Positions 19,788 to 29,900 of a DNA stretch of 64,000 bases are shown piece after piece. A model generated the notes under the pieces. It was not told where the DNA came from. It saw only the letters and a list, made by a program, of their open reading frames with translations, and searched no databases. Within the stretch, counting starts at the first letter, position 1; each line of letters starts with the position of its first letter. The position numbers and the translations under genes were made by a program. The stretch is from the NCBI GenBank assembly GCA_048882485.1, contig JBHLRP010000001.1, positions 160,001 through 224,000 on the forward strand, given 5' to 3'. The DNA is from Candidatus Thorarchaeota archaeon. GTDB lineage: Archaea > Asgardarchaeota > Thorarchaeia > Thorarchaeales > Thorarchaeaceae.

Positions 19788-21227
19788 CTAGGCTCTGCTT
19801 CTTCTATCTCGTGTTTCATAGTACTGGCAAGTCTTCGATAAAGCTCCTACCGCCTCGCTCATATTTCTGAAAACGGGGAGTCCCTCTTCAACAAAGACAT
19901 TCCAGCACTTCATGCGAGCCTCTGCATAAGCCACCTCTGGTATTGCAACAAGAACTGGCTTGTTTTGACTATCTACAATATGTCGACCAGACTCAGACAT
20001 GATTTTCCAGAAGAACTCGGTCGCATCTTGTAATCCCATTATAGTACCCACCTGGTGAATATGATGAGGATCAGCCTCGAGTATTATTGAATCAAATCTC
20101 TTCTCTTCTCCAACAGTCTTTATAATCTCACCAATATTCTCCAAGTCGTAGTAATCAGCAGCAAGATCGATGGGATTGCCCAAAGAAGTTCCTACATCCT
20201 TTATCATTGGATCCAGTTTCTCTAAGATTTCTTTGGAGGTCCTTGGAACCTTCAATCCGCTTTCGATACAGAGGTCTGTGTATACGACACTGGTTCCTCC
20301 GCTAATTGCGATGATGCCGACATTATGTGATTCCGGCTTCGGACTCAGTGAGAACACGCTAAGAGTGGCTATCAAGTCCTCAAGAGTCCTAACGGTGGGA
20401 ACATTGGCTTGTCGAAAGGCCGCATCCCATACATGCCTGCTTCCTGCCAAAGCTCCGGTGTGCGAGGATACTACCCTTGATCCTTCCTGAGATCTTCCTC
20501 CCTTGAGTACAACTACCGGTTTCATCTCAGCGAGGTTTCTTAGGGCTTTCAGGAACTCCTTCCCCTGACTAGTTCCTTCAATATAAGCACCAACAGCACT
20601 TGTTTCATCATCTGTCTGGAAATACTCAAGCAACTCGGTCGGAGCGACATCAACTCCATTGCCAAATGAGAACACCTTGCTAAAGCCCACACCGGATTCA
20701 ACGCCTGCGGTATACGTACTGATAGCCACACCCCCCGATTGGGAGATGAATCCTACATTTCCGATCCTCTGCATGACAGTTGGCATGAAACTGAATCCAA
20801 TCTTCGGATACATCAGACCCATGCAATTTGGTCCAAAAACCCGGGTTGGCAACTCGTCGATTACTTGCTTGAGTTCTTGCTCACGACGCAACCCTTCTTC
20901 GGTTCCAAGCTCGGAAAACCCACTTGTGAATATCGTTGCGCCCTTTGCTCCTTTTTCTGACGCCTGTTTCAATACTTCCGGTACAGCTTGATAGGGGACT
21001 CTAATAATGGCATAGTCTATCCTCTCTGGTATATCCTCTACACTCTGATACATCCTCTGCCCCAGAACTGTCCCTTCTCTTCTTGAAACTAGCCACACTC
21101 TGAGATCATGCTGCCATTGCAGCATTGAATGCGCCCAGTAGTATCCCATTGATGGAGAAACGCCAATTATCGCTACTGACTCAATTTCAAGCATTTCTTT
21201 GATTGTTGGTTTGCTCTTCAATATCAT
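19788..21227 (-). CDS. Acyl-CoA synthetase (ADP-forming) alpha-subunit family / CoA-binding protein
   Basis: SVAIIGVS, IFTSGFSE.G, GPNCMG, ISQSGG, phospho-His SSHTGALAG and GNPIDL; no ATP-grasp domain. Confidence 0.9.
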   Translation of the reverse strand: MILKSKPTIKEMLEIESVAIIGVSPSMGYYWAHSMLQWQHDLRVWLVSRREGTVLGQRMYQSVEDIPERIDYAIIRVPYQAVPEVLKQASEKGAKGATIFTSGFSELGTEEGLRREQELKQVIDELPTRVFGPNCMGLMYPKIGFSFMPTVMQRIGNVGFISQSGGVAISTYTAGVESGVGFSKVFSFGNGVDVAPTELLEYFQTDDETSAVGAYIEGTSQGKEFLKALRNLAEMKPVVVLKGGRSQEGSRVVSSHTGALAGSRHVWDAAFRQANVPTVRTLEDLIATLSVFSLSPKPESHNVGIIAISGGTSVVYTDLCIESGLKVPRTSKEILEKLDPMIKDVGTSLGNPIDLAADYYDLENIGEIIKTVGEEKRFDSIILEADPHHIHQVGTIMGLQDATEFFWKIMSESGRHIVDSQNKPVLVAIPEVAYAEARMKCWNVFVEEGLPVFRNMSEAVGALSKTCQYYETRDRRSRA

Positions 21228-21604
21228 CAGAAGCTCTCCGGGCTCGCGAAGGGGAATCTGACGGTGATTTAAGAGTAGCGAAGGACCGAATCTACGAATC
21301 GAGCTCTTTACTCATCTACAAATATCAGCTTCCTCCCCCCATAATAGGCTCTGAGATCTATATTAGTAGGCGTCGGCCGAGTCTTTGCAATTTGGGTCGT
21401 GTGTGTGGAGTCTGTATGCCAGCAGGCATGAAAGTCGTTGAACTCTTTCGGAGTACCGAAGGCCGACGCACTGAGTTCAACATATCATCTCAGTAATATA
21501 TATGAATTTGTCATATATGATATGAGGTGCTACGAAGGTATGAATGGCGCCATTCATCAGGGAGTACGGTGTCATAATTTGAATACAGCGACCATTGAGT
21601 TAAT

Positions 21605-23809
21605 ATGATTTCAGACCTCGTCGTCATCATGCGTGTCCCCACCCGCCTGTTTCCCATTCTTCTATGTCTAATGATTATACAGTCTGTATCCTCTACGCAA
21701 GCTATGCCAGTTGAATCATCATTTCAAATTAGCCAGACCTACGATCACAGAGACACCATAAACCGAGCTTGGTCCATTGAAATTGTGCTGGTGAATTACG
21801 AAGCTTCCCTCATTGAAGAAGCCACCCTGATAGGCGGGCTCCCGGTGTCGAGCAATCATTCGACTCCTGCTGTGGATATCAGCTATCAAATTGATTACAG
21901 TGTTACGCATGCAGGAGAAACTTGGACTGATGATTTAACTCAATACATGATTGAGAACTCAATAGATGGTCCTGAAACAGGGTCGCAGCTAGACGAGGCT
22001 GCCTTGGAATATCAAGAGAACAATCCAGACGAGCCACAAACGATATTCACTCCCAGAGCTGGAAGAGTTATCGATGGTGAGGCGGTAGAAGATTGGCTCA
22101 ATGAGAATCCAGCTGTTACTCCTCCGAATCTTGGGTACATTCTCTACATTTTCAATTTCAGCGACTTCGATAGCGCTGACCATTCATTTGAGCACTGGTA
22201 CGATTACAATCCCGTTGATTCCGATTCGGGCGAATCACAGAATTGGTTTCGTCTGGAATGGGACAATGAGCTGAATCCTGATGTAAAGCTACAATATGCA
22301 GGCTTTGGCGGCCGCCACAACTTATTCGTCCTAGATGCGAGTGCAGATCAATGGTACCTAAGATGGGCACGCATCTGGTGGGGTTCTCCCCCCTATGATG
22401 ATCAACCTGAGCACTGCACCATGGATCTTGAGGACAAAGCGGCTTCAGTGGACTTGGGAACACCTGGGGGAGTGCATGACCTCAATGTATACCTGCATGA
22501 TTATCTGTATGACCCTGTAGCATTCCTATTCATTCCACAGCAAAATAGTCCATCTGCCTACGTTGATTCGGGCAGATTAGTTGGATTGGTATTCTGTTTG
22601 GATGTCGCTACGGGCATACCAGTCCAGAGCCTAGCTTGGGTCACTGATGCCGACAGACAACGTCATCATCTTTCCGAGCTCCTGCCATTTATCCCATGGG
22701 AGGTCAGCATAGATTTTCTCAACATCGACAACCATCCAGCTTGGGATGCTCTCTTTTGGAGGAATGCCTACGACGAGGATGGGACTACCGTTGTGAATGG
22801 CTCAACGATGTTCGGGGATATCTATACAAACATGAGACCAGACTACATTGACACAGAAAGTGATGACATCCAGGTCTTTGGGGTTGTCTTCATAAAGCAG
22901 CAGATGGAGATGATTTACCAAAACCGAACCTTCACTGGACTGGGCGGGATGGGCCAGACGGTGATTTGGAAGGCTTGGGAACGATATTATCGTCCTGATG
23001 GAATCACACCAAAGGATGGCGTTTCAAGTGTTCAACTTCATGAAACGATGCATAGTATTGGAATAGGACATACATGGAATTACGGGCACTACGTTGGCGA
23101 CTTCAGCCATAGTCCAATGGGCTACTTCAGCTTCCATAATGGCACTGCAACCTTCGACCAAAACTGGGTACAGGGCACGTACCTCGATCAGATGGAGGCT
23201 GAGGTCTGGAATGATTTTGCCGAGAAGTCCCAAGATGTCAGTAATGACGAACGGCAAGAAACATATGAGGCTCAAGAATGGGCTCTGCAGAGCTTTGACT
23301 TGGCTCAATCCTACTACAATCACATGATGTGGTTGGAATGCTACAATGAATTGGTCCGTGCTCGCGATTACACCCTGAACATGTTCTATTCGCAACTTGA
23401 CACAACATCGCCAGTCATTCAAGATTGGGGTGTTGATAGTCTGCCAATAGATCAATCCGGATTCGATGTCTGGGTAACTGTTACCGACGACCTCTCGGGT
23501 GTGCAGAATGTGAGCATCATTCTGGAGATGAATGAAGAAATCTATGGCCAATACCCTTGCTCACAAGATGGCACCAATTGGAGTGCTTCCATCCCCGCCT
23601 TCGATATTATCGAAGACACAGACTTGGATGTCTATGCAACAGCATCCGATTGGGGAATGAATGGCGCGCAATTGCTCCTGTTCAGTCAAGAGTTTACGAC
23701 TACCGTTCCTGAATTTCCGGTAGCCATTGTGTTTGGCGTTAGTGCCATAGTGATAGTTGCAGCAGCCGGAGTATTGATTTATAGACGGAGGGAATCTGGC
23801 CGGTTCTGA
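21605..23809 (+). CDS. Secreted, membrane-anchored metzincin-like zinc metalloprotease
   Basis: Signal peptide; HETMHSIGIGH (HExxHxxGxxH) followed by Met-turn-like SPMGY; C-terminal VPEFP, TM helix and RRR. Confidence 0.7.
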   Translation: MISDLVVIMRVPTRLFPILLCLMIIQSVSSTQAMPVESSFQISQTYDHRDTINRAWSIEIVLVNYEASLIEEATLIGGLPVSSNHSTPAVDISYQIDYSVTHAGETWTDDLTQYMIENSIDGPETGSQLDEAALEYQENNPDEPQTIFTPRAGRVIDGEAVEDWLNENPAVTPPNLGYILYIFNFSDFDSADHSFEHWYDYNPVDSDSGESQNWFRLEWDNELNPDVKLQYAGFGGRHNLFVLDASADQWYLRWARIWWGSPPYDDQPEHCTMDLEDKAASVDLGTPGGVHDLNVYLHDYLYDPVAFLFIPQQNSPSAYVDSGRLVGLVFCLDVATGIPVQSLAWVTDADRQRHHLSELLPFIPWEVSIDFLNIDNHPAWDALFWRNAYDEDGTTVVNGSTMFGDIYTNMRPDYIDTESDDIQVFGVVFIKQQMEMIYQNRTFTGLGGMGQTVIWKAWERYYRPDGITPKDGVSSVQLHETMHSIGIGHTWNYGHYVGDFSHSPMGYFSFHNGTATFDQNWVQGTYLDQMEAEVWNDFAEKSQDVSNDERQETYEAQEWALQSFDLAQSYYNHMMWLECYNELVRARDYTLNMFYSQLDTTSPVIQDWGVDSLPIDQSGFDVWVTVTDDLSGVQNVSIILEMNEEIYGQYPCSQDGTNWSASIPAFDIIEDTDLDVYATASDWGMNGAQLLLFSQEFTTTVPEFPVAIVFGVSAIVIVAAAGVLIYRRRESGRF

Positions 23810-23965
23810 CGGCACCATTCGAAAAATCGCAGGTATTTTGATTTTTTGGAATCAATATTCACCCATTTGTTTAATATGTGGGAGAGTCGACTCTCTTACA
23901 TCCTCAGCTGAGTTCAATTCAGGAGCAGTATGGGTCACACTGCATCTATTGGAGGAGACGTTAGA

Positions 23966-26900
23966 ATGCACAGTCGTCGGACTCTTTCACTTACAATCTT
24001 GCTACTGCCGATTCTTCTTCTGTCGACCTTTGGAGGTCATAACATTATAGGACAAGATACTGAAAGATCTCGTCTTGTTGATATTGGAGGAGGACAGACT
24101 ATTGAGGTCCAACAGGATGAAGTCCTCCAGTCATACAGCCTATCCGATGTACCGCTTTCTCGTGATGGCGTTGGGTCTCCTCTGAATGTTTCAGAATATG
24201 GGGCGAGGACTGACAGCTTCACGGATATCGAACTCACCTATGAAACCTCCAACACGACGACTTCTGATACAACTTCTGTGCCATTAGGTCCTCTCTGGGA
24301 AGGGACAGCAATTTCCACCTATATCAGTGATCTGCAAGAGAATCGAACTTGGCTAACAAATCCTGATTTTGCTACAACAGCTGACTGGGTCACAGGCCAC
24401 GATGATGTTGGGGATTACACAAACCAATTGACAAACACTATTAGTGGGGGATACGTCAGCTTTACACAATCAGGATATTGGGACGGTAGCTGGTACCGAC
24501 ACGATCTTGGTGACCGCTGCTATGCTGAGCAGAGTATATCCACAAATAGCGGGGAGGTCACGTGGGTAGGAGTGTCACTTGACTATTATGTGGATGACGA
24601 CTGGGGTGGAGGACCCGTTGGCTTTTGGGAGCTCTACGTTCAAGTAGGATCGGCGGATATTCCAGCTAATCATCTTTGGGATAAGCAGTTCAGTGATGTT
24701 CTGGCGCAGACAACATGGTACTCCACTGGGCTTATTGAAGGGGATGCCTCACTGATTACATCCTCAGATTTCACCTTGCAGATTGGAATGAGGACCACAC
24801 GAACATTTGGATGTAGACCTCAGCTGAATGGCGAAGTCCGAATGGACAATGTGAAGGTGTACGTCAAGTCCCGCGTTCAGCCTTCGCAAGTGAATCTGCA
24901 GATGAACGGATTGGATGTTGCGAACGTTAGCGACGGAATTGGTGGCTGGCTATGGGGAATTGGCACTGCATCTGAGGTGCCACAAAGTCCTTGGATTGCA
25001 AACTCCGTTAACTCAACCTTCACTTGGACCCCCAACCCAGTCAATCCTGATCCAAATGATGTGATTCGCGTGACTTTCTCTGTTGATATGACTGTCTTTG
25101 CGCGGAAGTTAGATAGCTCCTCATTGTATAAAGCTGAAGTTCAAAGCTATGGGGATTACTTCACAGTTTCGAATAACTCTCAGGTCAGCTGGAATAGCTA
25201 TTATTTCGTTGCTGTTCCTAACGGCTACTCAAATCCATATTTCTTCAATCTGACAAAAGAAGCGACTCGCACATTCGATATGGTGTCAGAACCTAGATAC
25301 CCCGACTCTGACTTTCCCTATTGGACTCAGGACTCGACCAGTGTGAATGTTTCCGTGTACGAGGAAGTTACTGGCATATATCAGAATGGATTCTGGCGTC
25401 TTCAAGGGCACTCCGCCAACATGATTCAGAACCTGCAGATGTGGACTGGCTCTGCTTGGGATTCAACTTTCACCTATCGTGCCTATGACAATGTGCGCTT
25501 CAGGGCGCAACTCAGTTCTGCTTTCAATGGTGCAGTGGTAAGCTTCTCAATCTATGATACTTCCGGGGCATTATGGGACCGCCTTGAGGCCACAGTTATT
25601 GGAGGGTTTGCTGAAACCACAGACGTGAATCTTGATGCTTTGACAGCTGAGGTTGGAAAATGGACTGTTCAAGCGTTTGCGAACGATTCTGTTTCAGGCG
25701 GCCCGATTCATGATGTGGGTTTCTATGGCAGAGTGTTTACGATTCAACATTCCACAGACATGTATGTAACATACCCGCGACAGTCGCAGATCACTTGGAT
25801 GAGCAACCTCACGTACGGCCAGGACATGTTGCTTCAGGTGAGAGTTAATGATTCTGATAATGGTGACCTTCTTCCAGGTGGTTCCGCAACCTACAATTGG
25901 ACCAGTGGAGTCAACCCTTTGAATGACATGGGAACAGGAGAATACAGCGTTGTTCTGAACACAGCTGACTTAGGCACTCCCGGTCGATATGCCATCACTC
26001 TAACGTGGAGCAATATCTACTATGACTCAATCCTAGAAACATTCGTCATCAATGTCATAGAAGAAACAAGTCTAAGTTCTCCTGATGCACCAGGACTGAC
26101 AGTTCCTCGTAGCTCTGATGCAGCCTTTGAGCTCATCTTTGCCGATTCCCGTGATGCAGGTATTGATGGAGCCACCATACTCTGTAATTGGACCGACTCA
26201 TCATACACAATTGTCCCAGCAGCTGGTGAACCTGGGAACTATACATTGACGATAACAACTCCGAATACGGACCTAGGAACATATGCAGTAATTGTCACCG
26301 CGCAGAAGGACTTCTACGTCACAGCCAGCATCACGCTATTCATTGAAGTCAGACAGTTGTTCACATCAGTGTCGACCTCTCGGAGCGTTGTCTACCTTCC
26401 AATCGGATTCCAGGAGTCTGTTTCATTGACAGTGTGGGACACGGATCATGATCTGCCTATTACTGGGGCTGATAGCTCAATAGTATGCAATTGGTCAGAA
26501 AGTCATGTTCTCGGAGATCAGAACTACACAGTAACAATGACATCTCCAGGGATATATGAAGTTGTATTCTTCTCCACTGAAGCTGACTTTCTACAGAGCT
26601 ACGATGTCGTCTTTGATGTGAGTAGGTTTGGCTATCAGAATCATACTTTCTCAATTACGGTCATTGTCACCAGCCATCTTACCCTCTTATCTCTTGATAA
26701 TCCCGTTGAGCCTACACCTTATACCGGGACTATTCTCATCAATGTGACATATTTTGATGCATCAACACTCTCAGGCATAATTGGATCAGATGTGTTAATC
26801 TATGTGACCTCTCCAGTCGTCGAGCCTCTGAGCTATACGGTATACAATGGTTCAATCGCTGGACAATACATTATTGCTGTGCCTGCGAGCCAATGGGGTG

Positions 26901-29900
26901 ATATTGGCTGGAAGCAACTATCAGTATATGCGAATTGGACCGGCCAACGTGCAAAGTACGATAATAAAGTCCTAACCTTCTCAGTAAGAATCTCAGGAGC
27001 CCCGACGGACCTATTCCTAGGGACCAGTCCAACATCCACGCCTTATGGTGAGAATGTTACATTTACTATAATCTACTGGGATGTCGGTGCCACCAACGGA
27101 ATTGTGAATGGCACTGGCCCATTCGCCAATAACGTTCTCATCTATATTGAAGTAATCACACCAGGGCAAACATTAACACAGAGCCTCATGGTGATTACAG
27201 AAATCGATTTCGTTGGTAGTCCTGGTGAATACCGGATAGAGTTCAACTCATCCTATTTGTCTGGACTTATCGAATGTCAGCTGCGGATACGTGTTAATTG
27301 GACAAAAGGAGCCCTTCCGCTCTATGAGAACAGAACTCTAATCCTCAGCGTCTTTTCCACTTACAGACAGACAGTCGTTAATTGGAATCCATTACCTGTC
27401 ACACCGTACGATGAAAAGGTCAATCTTACACTAACCTTCAAGGATGTATTGTCGGACAGCAATATTTTAGATAGTCCAAGTCTTGAAATCGCGACTCCAG
27501 GTTATGCATTCACAATCTATTATGACGGTGATGCCACTGGCATATTCTTCATAGAGGTTGATACGTCGCTCTTCTTGTCAACTGGAACCCATTCATTTCA
27601 GGTGAATCTTGTATGGTCTGGTAGTCCATTCTATCAGAATCGTACGGTGAACATCTTCATCAACGTGCGTGAACGGTACACATCGCTAACGCATGGCGTA
27701 TACTCACCGGTTGAATTTGGCAACAATTTAACCTTGGTGTTCATATACACTGATCAGGATGATCTCACATCGCTGGGAATGGACGGAGGCACTCTCACAG
27801 TAATGGGATTGGCTGGATTCTACGATGTCGCGGACAATGGCGATGGAACCTACACACTTGAGTTGAGGACTGATGGATTCCCGTCTACTGGAACTTTCAT
27901 CGTAAACGTTTCAATTGCCTATGGAGGAGCCAGGTTTTCTGCAGATGCTGTTGACTTCTTCTACTTGACAATTCAAGCTAGACGTACCCAGATGACAAGT
28001 GAGCTTCCAGATCTTGCACCATTCCTCACTCAAGCTAACATAACAGTCCAATACATCGATGACAGTACAGATGTGGGGATTGAAGGAGCTCAGGTCTACG
28101 CATTTTGTGCTACATCTTCCCAGCCTCTTGTACCAGACAGCAACTACTGGGTCGATGACCTTGGTTCTGGCTACTACAGAGTCCGCATATCCACTATTGC
28201 CCTTGGCAATTTTGGCCGATACACAATTGAAATCACAGCAAACTGGACTGGCAGTCCCTTCTATCTAGAACGAGTCCGACTGGTGGACATTGAGGTTTCA
28301 AGAAGACCTGTCAGCCTGAGTGTTTCAAAATCACCGCTCAACACACCCTTCCTTGAGAATGTGAATTTCGAATTGACAATAGCTGATTCTCTCGATGGCT
28401 CTCCAATATCACTAAACAAGAGTGTACTCATTATCACACATGGAGGAGGCACGCTGATTCTGGATTCAGAATACAGCATAAGTGGTGCCAATGGTGTCTA
28501 TGTAATATCAATCAACTCGACTGTTCTAACATCTGTGCTAGTTTCGGGTCATCCGATCTTTGTCAAGTTCTTCTGGGGCGACTTCACTCCATATTATGCC
28601 AACTCGACAACATCAACCGCAGTCGAAATCAATACTCGCTTCACGCAAGGTCGTGTGCTTGCAACTCCAGGTGCCTTCTATTACTTTAACTTGAGTGCCA
28701 TTATCGAATTCAGCGACTACCTCTCGGGTAATCCTATCCCTGGTGCCATGGTGACTTTTACGTGCGTCAATGATTCTGTCTTCTCAAGTTGGATTGTTGA
28801 CATGGGCGATGGGCGATACACCATCATCGTCGATACAAACGACCTTGAAGATGGCATAGGTCGCTACTTCTTCAGTGCCGATATCACATGGTCTGAATCT
28901 CCATATTATGAAGATGTCATTGGGTTGGCGTTCAGTGTGCTAGTCAATCCGGTTTCAACAAGCCTGAATTTTGTCCTACCTCAAGGAGTCACATACTATC
29001 TTGGGGACCTAGTAGTTGGAAACATCACCTTCACAGATATCAACGAAGGTCAAGGCATTGATGGAGCCACTGTTGTCAGTGATTGGACAGCCCTCTGGGG
29101 AACTACTCACACAATCACTCCACTTGGAAACGGCATCTACAGGATGGAGATTGACACATCAGGACTCAATGCGCAAATCTATACCTTCAGCATTAATGCT
29201 TCAAAGCCCCTCCATCTTAGCAGATCAGTCACAGCGGACATTCTATTGGCAGCTATCCCTGTTGAGATTGATCTAGTATTCTCACCGACTGACCCTGTTT
29301 GGGGTGATGTTCTTGAGTTCAGCGCTAACATCACTGACGCCCGAAATGGAGCCCCTGTCCTAGGAGCCACTGTAAATCTCACCCTCTACGGGCGAACATA
29401 TACTATGGCCGAAATCGGTGGTGGTATTTACAATGCTACCGTTTCAACAATGGGTCTTGTTAGTGGCGAATATACAATCAGGGTCGAATCAACTCTTCTG
29501 AACTATGAAACCAGACAGAGAGACTTTCAGATTCGCATTGATAAAGTCGCAGCTAATATGCTGGCTTCATTGGACCCGCAAATCGCAGTTAACGGAGAAA
29601 CAGTGACAATTGAAGCTGATTACTTAATATTGTCAAACGGCACGGCTATAGACATTGGCTTGGTCACATATAGCTGGATTGGAGGTACTGGTTTTCTCAC
29701 TTGGGTGCCTGCGCAGCAGAAGTACATCGGTCAAATGATTGTAGCAAGCGCAGCTGTAGGTAACCACCAGATTCTCATCCAAGCAAGCTCCTCAATCTAC
29801 AAGAGTGTGAGTACTCCCATAACTATTGAGATAACTGAGATTACCACTGCTCTATCTGCGTATCAAGACATTACTGTTTTGTCAGCAGTTTCTGGAGATT

